Assembly (NCBI GenBank): GCA_016748015.1
Contig: JAAOMT010000760.1
Span: forward strand, 474,779-538,778
Length of the DNA: 64,000 bases
From: Geosiphon pyriformis uo1
Taxonomy: Eukaryota > Fungi > Glomeromycota
Reading direction: 5' to 3'
The position numbers were made by a program, and so were the translations under genes. Below the pieces are notes generated by a model that made no database searches, was not told where the DNA came from, and saw nothing but the letters and a program-made list of their open reading frames with translations. Shown here one piece after another: positions 28,238-38,772 of the stretch. The stretch's first letter is position 1, and each line of letters begins with the position of its first letter.

Positions 28238-28320
28238 GTGAGCTTATTTAAAAGATTGCCACATGCAATGTTAGAGAAATGAATAATCCTGCAAAACAGG
28301 ATGACATTATTCATTGGCAC

Positions 28321-29293
28321 TGTTACCAGTAGAATTTTAGCTATTAATTAGCATGAAATTTCCTTTATAATTCCTATCATTAATTAGCATATATTATTAT
28401 CGTTTCGAATTTCACTTATTATTTAATCAAATTAGCAATTATTTTCATTTAATTAATAACCCGATTTGGACCATAGAAATTGAGATGATCAATTTACACA
28501 ATACCCTGAACCATATAACATAGCAAAAATTCGCCGAAATTAATGAAAATTGGCCGAAATAATTCATAGTTCAGCGAAATAACTTGTAGTTCGCCGAAAT
28601 GTATCTTTAGTTCACCGAAATTCTAGAAAAGAGAAAAAGTGCAAGTTCAAAGACTAGTACTACAACAAGTTGTATAAAAGAAGAGCTTCTCTCTTCAAGA
28701 AAATATATCTTCTTATAGTATCTTACCATAGTAACTTACTTCAAATATCTTAATTGGAACAAATCACCTTTTACAAAATCAAATAAAAATTAAAATATTC
28801 GAAAACCAAATCCTTAAAATTATCACACTTGAAATTCCCTCAACACAACTAACATTTTGAAATTGATTAGCTACCAATTTCAGTAATCTGTTAGTGACTC
28901 CAGGCCTGGATAGAAAACGTTTCCTTGACAAAATTCTATTTCTTTACGTTTCTTTTATTTTTCTCTTTCTTTTCTTATCATAATCATTTGGGTAGCCTAC
29001 AGACGAGATTCCTGTAGAAGAGTTGACTTTCACAGCAAAGTAACTACACATTTTTAGTGAGCTTCCAGACGAGCAATTCCTGGGAAAGAGTTGACGTTTA
29101 CTACAACGTAATTACATAAAGTAACTGGCACGGAATTGGCCATTTCACTTATAAGCCCAGCGATTCAAATTATAGGAGATAATTTGAAGATAAATTCAGT
29201 TACTGGAGGTTCAACCACATCCAAAAAACGTGAATTCACAGCAAACAAGCATCAACAACATTTAAAAAAAGAGACCAAAAACCTCCGGTAACA
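28321..29293 (+). mobile_element. Solo LTR (family A), 973 bp, inserted in LINE-B endonuclease
   Basis: TGTTACC...GGTAACA inverted ends. 4-bp TSD GCAC at 28317-28320 and 29294-29297. The LINE frame IIHWH|NDMNN rejoins across it. A 4-bp TSD is compatible with Ty3/Gypsy. Confidence 0.95.
28525..28682 (+). promoter_or_regulatory. LTR U3-like array of five ~20-bp units (core TTCRCCGAAAT) followed by TATA box TATAAAAG (~28673)
   Basis: ttcgccgaaat, tggccgaaat, ttcagcgaaat, ttcgccgaaat, ttcaccgaaat. The same array is present in the other two copies. Confidence 0.55.
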
Positions 29294-32200
29294 GCACAAT
29301 GACATGAACAATTTGATTTCAATTTTCACAAAAACAAAGTTAAAGGGGAGAATTCGTCCCTGGATTATCAACAAATTTGATGGTGTAAGGGTGTTTACCT
29401 CTGGCTTGAATTCTGGTTATCTGGGTGCTAATGTTGTGATCGTCATGAATTCTTCTTTGGCGAGACATGTGTGCAAGGTTTCTGAAATGCTTGGTCGGCT
29501 CCTATCTATCAAGTTGCTGTTCAAGAATAAACTTTCAGTATCAATTTTGGGGCTTTATGTAGATGCTTCATTGGTAGTTTGGTTTTCTCAGGCTGGTGAG
29601 ATTAACTCTTTCATCACAAAGGCTGTTAATGAATCTTCTTTCGTCATTCTTGGGAGTAATTTCAATGAAAATGGTTTGCATAAAAGTGCGAGTTTTAAGA
29701 AGTGCCTCAATTTGGGGCTAGTCAACTCTCTGTCAGGTAGTCCAGTTGTGAAAAGTCCTACGTAGGAGAATTCAAGAGGTGTAAAGAAGACTATTGATTA
29801 CATGTTTGTTTCCTCAAGTCTGGTCAGTGCGATCATACATCATGATGTTTTGAAGGTTGGCAAATATTATGACACAGATCACCAGGCCATTTCTGTGTCC
29901 ATAGGCTTGGGTGGGCTTTTGGATGCGCAATTGAATTCTCTTTATAAACAGGCAAATAAGGATTATTGGAAGTTCGATTTTAAGGGTGCTGATAGGGTTA
30001 GATGAGACGATTTTAAAGATGTCACGTTGGCCAACACTATGATGTTGTCAGATAAGTTCACCACCTCCATGCAGTTTTCAGACTTGGATGCAATGTGAGA
30101 TATTGTTCGCAAGATATTGGTTTTTTTAGCTAACAAAGTGTTTAAGAAAAAGTGGTTCAAGGGCTTTGATAATGTTTTCACCAAAGAAACTTCGAGGTTT
30201 CACAAATTGGAGCTTTTGGTTTCCAAGATTGTCAAGGTCTCACGTGAGGAGTGCATTGCAAATTTTGAGTCTCTTATGAGACGTTGGGTTTCTTTGGATA
30301 ATGTTAGGGCTTCAGTTGTGCAGAGTTTAGTGAATTCTAGTGCTGGCGCTAATGATGTTCGTTCTGTTCTCTTTAGTGCTAGGAGATCTTATTGCACGTC
30401 CAAGCTCGCTAAGTTTTTGAAAGCTAAAGAAACAAACATCAGGTCTGCTATAAATAAGAGGATGGAGAATTTTGAGGTGGATAAAGATCACATGATTAGA
30501 AGTGTGCTGGAACAACTCTTCCACAAGGTGGTTTTGGATCATTTGGTCATGGGTGATGAGTTGATTTTTGAGCCTGATTTGGTAAAATCTAATATAGACG
30601 ATATTATGGAAAGTTGGACCAGAAAGCAGTTGGTGGTTGATGATGTCTCTGATACTTGGTCTCGTCAGTACTAATCTTTAGACTACGTTTTTGATGAGGC
30701 TTTCTCTGGAGTAATATGTACGATTGATTTTGATGAGTTGCATCATGTGGTTTCTAATCTGCCTGATAACAAAGCTGCTGGTCTTTCAGGTATCTCTAAT
30801 GAACTATAGAAACATTGTGATGAGTCAGTTTTGGGTTTGCTTCTGGTTCTGTTGAATTTTTGTCTATCTTGTGAATCAGTATCTGGTCTTTAAAGAGAGG
30901 CTTGGGTTTCAATAATTCCCAAGCCCTATAAATGGGAGGGTGTTCTCACAAATACTCATCCTATTGCTTTGATCGAAACTGCCTGCAAAATTCTCTCCAA
31001 GATTCTTTCAGACAGGATCTCACTGGCTTGCAGCTCTTATGATGTCTTACGTGGTAACAATTTTTCAGTTTTAAAAGGTACAGCAACTCAGTCACCTATT
31101 TTTGCTATTGGTTCAGTTGTTGAAAATGCTCTGGAGAAGAACCAGGAGCTCTGGTTGGTTTTGCAGAACATGCAAAAAGCTTATGATTTGGTTGGCTGGG
31201 AACACCTTGAGAAGAGTTTGGTCAGAATTAAGATGTGCAGCAAATTTATTCAGTTTTTTGGCAGTGTTCATAAGAATTGCACCAACCGAGTAATGACAAA
31301 TTTCGGTTTAACGGATGGCTATCATGTGCACAATGGTCTGGATCAAGGAGAGGTTTTTTCTCTACTTCTGTGGCATATATTTTATGACCCTCTATTGTGT
31401 GAAGTCAAGCATCAAGGAAATGTGTGTGGGTATAAGTTGAATTCTCATTTTGTGTTTAAAAGTGGTCGTATTGAATCTTAGGCTGGGCTATCTTCTTTTT
31501 TTGCTGCTGGTGCTTTTGTCGATGATACAATCTGAGTTGATAGTAGTCAAAGTGCTATTCAACATATTCTCAATATAGCTAGCAAATTTTTTCATATTAA
31601 TGATATTTTAATCAATAATGACAAGACAGTAGCCATTTCCATCAATTATAGGATCAGCAATCCTTTTTTTTCCATCAGTAACTTGCCAATTTCCATTGCC
31701 AAAAAGGGTGAATCTCATCGGTACTTGGGTATTTTTCTCTCAACTAAGGGTTTTTCAAAGCCTAGTTTGGCTAAAGCAAATTCAAATGTTCATTTTTTCA
31801 CTAATCTGGTCTTGAGGAAAGCAGTTTTGAATAAGCAATTTTTGTATCTGATGTCAGCAGTTCTTTATTCTATAATCAGCTATAGGACGCAGTTCAGCTC
31901 AGTTCCTGTTGACATGTACAACAAGTGGAACACTCTGGTTTGCAAATGTTTGAAACTTAAATCCAGTCTCCCGTTGGATTTTCTTAGTGATACAATTCAC
32001 CATCCTTTCTTTTATGATTTAAAGTCTTTTTCACAGTGTCAGTCTGAAAGTAAAATTGCTTTCCTCATCAGTTTTGCAAACTCTATCAGGATTTTGGGGC
32101 ATATGTTCAGTTACAGATCTCATGACTTGCAAGTTTTGTGCTGGCAGCCTATTTATCTCTTGATCTCTCCTATTTGTATTCATGTCAGTGTTTCTAATAA

Positions 32201-34029
32201 TTTCTTGGCTGGTGTGGTTTCTATCCTTCTTGACTGCAAGCTGTTTTTGGGTGGTTCTTTGGCCAGTGCTTTCCAGTATCATGGTGGGGTTCTTATGTCT
32301 GTTGTTCTTGGCGAGTCTTTGTTTTTCAAGTTTTTGCCGTCCCTTCGGCATTATGGCATTGTCTTTGTGGACCAGCTTTGGAATCACTGTGGTGGTGTCT
32401 TTAGCTGGCTCATCTTTAAGTGATAAAAGAGACTGGATCCTCGTGGTCCAGTCTCTGAGTGGTTAAATGTTCAGTCAAGTTTCTTGTGGCCTCCCATTCT
32501 TCTCCTTCGGTTTCAGTTGGTGTTGGTCCTGTAAACATTTGTGGTTTTGATGATTTTGTGTCTGTATGTGATTGTTTTTCTTGGGTTAATGCTGATAGTT
32601 TGTCTGTGTATATGGATGAGTCGTTAAAAAACTTGGGCATGACTGGTTGTAGAGCTGGGACTGCTGCCTTTTTTGAGAACATTAACTTGGGTTTGGATAT
32701 TAGTATTCGGGGTTTGGTGTCATCTACTTTGGCAGAATTACAGACTATAACGTTGGCTCTGAAGTGTGTACCTGTGGCTCACTCTGTTTGTCTGTTTTCA
32801 GACAATCAGACAGTCTTGGATGCCTACATGTCAGAGGTTGACTTGGTGTATCCTAACTTTTGCAATTGGTGCTGGGTCAAGTGCCAGCATATTAGGAATG
32901 TTATTTGCAATAAGAATTTGAAAGTTAGTTGGCACAAAGTAAAGGGTCACTCTGGTGTATCAAAGAATGATCAAGCCAACAGCATTGCTGATGCTGTGAC
33001 TCTCTATGATTGGTTTTTCCCTCTTCATGTTGATAAACGTTTTTTGTTGGCAGATAATGGTATTGTGTCTGGTAATTCTAGTCACTTTGTTCGAGACATT
33101 TTTCATGCTGTTTGTTGGGCGCATTGGGAGGTCAGTTCCGGTTCTGAGTTTCTACCTAGAAATTTGCACTTGGATGTTGATTGGCCTAGTTCTTTTAGAG
33201 TTTGGCACCCTGATTCGCATATGGCAACAGGTTTCACCAGCAGGTGCACCACTGACATTTGTACTTACTTAATGAAGACTTTGCACCATCAGCTTCCCAT
33301 GGCTGTTTGAAAGTGCGTTTATGATAGATGTTATCTTAGTGTTCTGTGTCTGTATTGTGGTGAGGTGAAGGTGTCTGATCATGTGTTTTCTTGTGTAATT
33401 GATAATTCAGCTCATCATCAAGTTTTGGAATCCTGTATGTCTTTTTGGAAAACAATTTCTGGTCTTTTCCTCTCTTCTTTTAGTGTATTGCAGCTGCTGT
33501 CGACCTGTGCTTCAGATTTTCTGGTGTTTTCAGCTCTTTACAAGGGTTTTGTTTTCAGAGAATGGTTTCGGGAGGCTGTTTCCATCTTCCATGATCCCGA
33601 GGTCACTGGTGTCAAGATTACTGAATTTGTATGCTCTCTTTGTGTCACTTTTAGGAATGACATTTGGTTGGTTTGTGCCAAGTATCGCACATACATGGAA
33701 AAGAATGGTCTGATCTCGGTGGATGGCTCGATTCCTGTCTCAGTTTCTGGTTTGGTTTCGAGGTTCTCGAGTGGTGTGATTAAATTGCTTGGTATTGCTG
33801 AAGCTTTTGGTGTCTGTTTTGGTTTTTGCAAATCTTGTTCGTTTTTCTCAAGTATTGGTGACTCGGTTTCTGTTAATATAGATGTGTAGTGTTGTCCTGA
33901 CTGGCTTGAGTGGCTGGTCATGTGTAGAAAGTACATGATTCACACTTAGTTTAGATCATTTCTTTGATGTATAGTTTTAAGTTGCATTTGAATCTCGCTC
34001 GTTAAATATAAAAAAAAAAAAAAAAACCA

Positions 34030-35560
34030 AAAAACTTTTAAAATAACAGAATTTGGTTAATATTAAAAACAAAATACTTAAGCCAACAAAAAAACTATAC
34101 AATACCACAATAATTATTTAGATTTTTAAATATTTTTAATAATATATTTTTAAATCAAATTTATATTTATTATTATTAATATTAAACTTAAATACAAATA
34201 AGTTTTATGTCATTTAATTAAATAAAATTAACATACATTTGTTAATTACTAATTATAAAGTTAAAAATCTACAATAATATTAACAACTATTTAAAAATAC
34301 TTATAATATTAATAAAACTATTTTTCAACAACCAATTAATACAATATTTTATACAAGGCACTAATTAAAATTCCAAAAAAAATAAAAATAATTAATTTTT
34401 TAGTAAAAATTTATTTAACTTTTTAACAAAATAAAAATTAACAAATTACAATTATTTATAATTAAAATTTTTAAGCTTGACAAAAAAAACATGTCTTTAA
34501 TTATAAAGTTTTTTTTACACAACATCAAAATTAAATAAATAATTTAATCCAAAATAAATAACCTGTTTTGTATATATTAAATTTTAAACAACAAGTTACA
34601 CAAACTAAACCTTGATAATATTTTAAAAAAAGTAGCACATAATAAAATATTTACTAAAAATAGTTTATAATTTAAAAATATCTTTTTTAAAAACAAAAAC
34701 TTTAATATTGTTTTGAAAAACTAAAAAGCAATTATATTTTAATTTATATATATATATTTTTTCTTATTTAAAGCTTAAACAAAAACTGAATGAATCTTAG
34801 TTTAAAAATTATTAAAAAACAAATTATAAAAACAATAGCTAAATTGACAAATATTTATTACAAATTATTTAACACTTATAAAAATGCTTTATAAAACTTT
34901 ACAAAACAATAGTTAAAAATTTAACAACTTTATAAACTTAAAATTCAAATATTTTTAGCATAATAACATTAATAATAATACTTAAAATTTGACAGAGCTC
35001 AGTTTTTTAAAAAATTATGTTATTAATTAAAATTTGAAACAAAAATTAACATAAAAATATGTTTAATTTTTATTAATGTTTATATTCTATATTAATTGTA
35101 TCTGATTTTCATATTATTAATTTGCAACTTACAAGTATAAACTAGATGCTATAAATTATTTTAAATTATATAACAATAAAATTTTTGAATAATTTAAATA
35201 AAATTTGCAAAAATACTTTATAGTTTCTTAATTTTTATTTTTATTTTATAACTTGAAATAAAATTGTTTAAAAAATGTATAAAAAAACGCTTACCTTTTT
35301 TTAAGAAATATATTTAAAAATAGTTAAAAAGTTTTAACACTTGTAATTAATACAATTTACTAAAACAAATCTTTTTTAATTTATTACATTGCAAACCAAA
35401 AATTCTGAAGTTGATTAGCTACCAACTTGACTGAAATTAATTTTTTTAGATTTTTCAGGCCCAGAACAGTAATTATTTCACAAAATCAACTTCTTATTTT
35501 GAGAACAAATTTAAGTTATTGGAAGCTTGTAGTATATATTTATTACCAAAATTTTTGAAT
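34030..35560 (+). mobile_element. AT-eroded element, possibly Gypsy integrase remnant plus LTR
   Basis: Contains ttgattagctaccaa (~35411), shared with LTR family A (~28863). Only faint integrase-like codon traces remain. Confidence 0.35.
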
Positions 35561-35985
35561 ATTTAACAATAGCATTAGGACGGGAATTGGTAAAACTATT
35601 CTTAAAAATCAATTGGTATTTTATACACATATGCAGTATACTTAATTATTATCGGAGTAAATTACATTATAAATTTATTATATTGTATTTATTTTCTGAT
35701 TAATAATTTTTGGTTTATTTATTTTAATTAAATAATATTTTATATTTTCAATATATATTGTCAATTCCAATGTTTTTTAAAAAAATAATTGGTATTTACG
35801 ATTTCAGCATTCATTGCCTTGAGCTGAATATAAAAATTTTCTTTTAAAAATACATCATAATCTCACCCAATTTGTAAGAACTCAAATACAACTATTATTA
35901 TCTAAATTTCTCAAATTTTATCTATATCTTTTACTTCTTTTAACAACAGCAATAAACATAATCATAACACTAATTTCTAATACTG

Positions 35986-37250
35986 ATGTTAAATTTAATC
36001 ATAGCCGTGGAAGGAGCATCCAAGATCATCTCCTCAAAACTTGGATTTCAGAAAGGGCAAAACGTCGTTATGCTTGAACATTTATCGAGTAAAAAACCAC
36101 ATTATTGTAGACCTTGCAGGGGGTTTTTTGTGGGCATCCTCAATTCCATGACACGCACAGGTGTAAGAAATCTCAATGTCATTGCTTCCATAAACAAAGC
36201 CTCGAGGATTTGTTTCGATCACTGCAAAAGTGAGACCGATGAAATTTAAACAAATAAGTCAGTGATCGAAACCAATTTTACTATCAGACCTACCTTAATA
36301 CGCAGTGCCAAATTACACATATTAAGAACGTCATCTATCCTGTCCAGGAATTCTGGGAGCCGGGTGCTCCTAATTTCAGATACAGCAAAACATTGCCACC
36401 AAGAATATATAAAACGTCTGCTTGAACTTGATAGCCGAAGTCATTTATTCAGAATTGTACTTGCTTCTTGATAGATTCGATAGCTTTGTATCAGCTGGTC
36501 ACAAACCGTTTTCCAGATTGTTAATTTGATACTACAGGGAATTCTGAGCAACACCTTTTTCGACGCTACGAACGTAATCTGAAGGGTTGAAGGATATTAA
36601 ACTGTCAAATATAAGCACTTAGACATACACGTCGATCACTCCAAGACTGCTACAATTTGACTGTTCAACAGATCCTATACCGCTACTTTGCACCTTTCTT
36701 CAGCAGTTGTTCTAGTGTTTTTTACTTGCGTTGCGGGTGCTGATTCATCATCATTAGGGGTCTTATAGGGAGACCGGTAACTCCTTGACCGCGCGTGTGA
36801 CTAGAGAGCTGCCAATTATGCAATAAAAAGAAAATTACTCGGCACTTTCTTTGGCGCTACAATGCTGTATATGCAGGGAATCAAAATCTCACTGCCGAAA
36901 CTGGGAGATACCATGAACGGAGGGTCAAGAATCGGATAATACGTTGGACTGTTGGAGGAAGCAAGGAAGAATAAGAATTTCCACCAATCGTAAGTACATA
37001 CAATTATAAGCGACAGCAACAGTATATGCTTGCACCTTAAATATCCAAGTGAATTTTTTGCACCGATTCGATAAAATTTTTGATATCTATGAAGATTTCT
37101 TGTCCTCTGCAGTTTGTTTTCAGGCTCTGGGCATACATCCTCCTTTTCGGGGTCTACTCTTCCTGTTCTCGGGCTCTGCATGCTCTTGATCTTCTTCCCT
37201 TCAAGCTCATCAAAGTCATACGCATCCTTGGGGTGAGCAAATAAGGCCAA
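35986..37250 (-). other. CpG-normal, gene-like sequence with no coherent ORF (possible pseudogene or unresolved spliced gene)
   Basis: Higher GC than the flanks, short ORFs (36816-37250) and splice-like signals. No recognisable motif. Confidence 0.25.
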
Positions 37251-37407
37251 GCCACTAATTGTGACGTACAGGTTTTATCATTGGCTAATAGCTGAGATTA
37301 TCATATGATTTGATTTGTTAAATGATGATCCTTGATTTATTCAGCTCGCCCTTGTATCTCTCTTGTTCAACCATTATTGATACACCTTAGGCATTAGCTT
37401 TCCGAAA

Positions 37408-38772
37408 ATGCTAAATGTTGGTATGAAATTTGAGTTCAATGTTGAAAATAAATGCTCGGAATATAAAAGTCCACGATTTTACACCTCAGAAAACCTATCA
37501 TGGTGTTTGGAATATTTCAAGGTATTTATTATGAAATTGCAAATTGGGAATTTGAAATCTTCCCCAATCTAATTTTTTTTCGCAAAATAGGGACGTCGTA
37601 AGGCTGATCAGGATGAACTTGGTGCATTGTATCTCCGAGCTATCCCAAACCAAAATGAAATTTATTCACGCTTAGCATTTGAACAACGACGGGATTCATC
37701 TACTGCAAGAATATATGTGAAAAAAGAGGGGCTGACAGAATATTCCAATTCCAGTCCAGATTCTAGTGGGGATTCTGAGTAAGTTTGAATATTCAAAGGA
37801 AGTTATGCTTTTAAATGAAGCTATGTCTAATCACACAACAATTTAATCATATTCTTTAAGCTTCACAATGATAGATATCTCTCACTACATTAAGATGAGG
37901 TCATTTTCTATGAGTTCGCAAGCACAAGGTAATACTTAAAAAGATTGGAGGCTAATTATGTTCAAAATCTTAACCATCTTTATTTATAATCTTTAGGATT
38001 TTACTTTAAAAAAGTTAATGCAAAAGCAAAAGTCAGAATAGGCGTTGAATTTGGAAACATGTCGATAAAAAAGGATTTAACCACTGTCGATTGTTCTTCA
38101 AATGGCTCTTTAAAAACAGATGCTTTACTTAATTTCTTGAATGACAAAGACAAATCAGATGTAGCCTTTATATTTGGGGAGGAAGTCGTATATGCCAATA
38201 GTGGAATTTTAGCTGCTCGATCCGTATACTTCCGTCAGCTGTTTTTCGGGGAATGGGCAGAATCAATTAAATATGCGAAACGTAATCAAGACGACCTGGA
38301 TCGGCAAGAAACTGAAATGAAATTTGAGGAATCGGTTTCCGAAATGAAATTTATGGTTCATATTACCGATTTTATGATAGAAACATTCTCTGAAATGCTT
38401 CGGTTTCTCTATACTGAAACTATTGAATTCAACGAGATGACTGGCTCGCCTACCTCACCTATCAATATGTTTATTATCAGCGATAAATACTTTCTGAATG
38501 AACTACGCAATCTAGCGAAGGCTAAGATTATTTGGCAATTTCAAACAGATACCATCATTGATTTCCTTTTCGACCTTGGATACAAATGGGAAGATGTTAA
38601 AGCTGAGATAATACACTTTATACATGAGAATGATTTTGCAGTCTTGAATAATGGGGGAATCGCTAAAATATGTATACTTGGAGCTGTTGATGAAGTATCT
38701 CAGAATGTTATGAAAGACTTGTTAGAAGAACTGCTCTTACCACCTAAAGATTTTCCAAATCACAGTGTTTAA
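37408..38772 (+). CDS. Second MATH-like + BTB/POZ protein (about 4 exons; start approximate)
   Basis: KFEFNV..Y.SPRF..W.L; ALYLRAIPNQNE; RIGVEF; SDVAFIF..ILAARSVYFRQLF..DF..ETF.EMLRFLYT..SDKYFL. Paralogous to 12196-13992. Confidence 0.85.

Larger units (their letters stand above)
28234..33889 (+). pseudogene. LINE-B ORF2: APE-RT-RNase H-CCHC
   Basis: ATCNVR, IDYMF, DTDH; KAYD, DQGE, FVDDT, YLGIF; AELQTI, WHKVKGHSG; CLYCGE..DHVFSC. Confidence 0.95.
26295..34026 (+). mobile_element. Full-length degenerate LINE-B with poly(A) tail and probable TSD
   Basis: ORF1 + ORF2 domains. Poly(A) at ~34010-34026. Flanks aaaacc-A9-ctt (5') and aaaacc-A6-ctt (3') resemble a TSD with A-run slippage. Confidence 0.95.

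Noticed and set aside
28525-28625. CRISPR-like or iteron array
   Set aside because: Short ~20-bp period inside an LTR; better explained as U3 enhancer repeats.
28994-29126. Hammerhead or HDV-like ribozyme (CAGACGAG resembles CUGAnGAG; CTCGT on the reverse strand resembles HDV L3)
   Set aside because: U4 is A, no stem II closes before GAAA, unit 1 has GAAG, and the loop length and nested pseudoknot of HDV are not present.
2031-33936. Many short ORFs antisense or off-frame to LINE ORFs
   Set aside because: Shadows of degenerate LINE coding sequence with no independent motifs.
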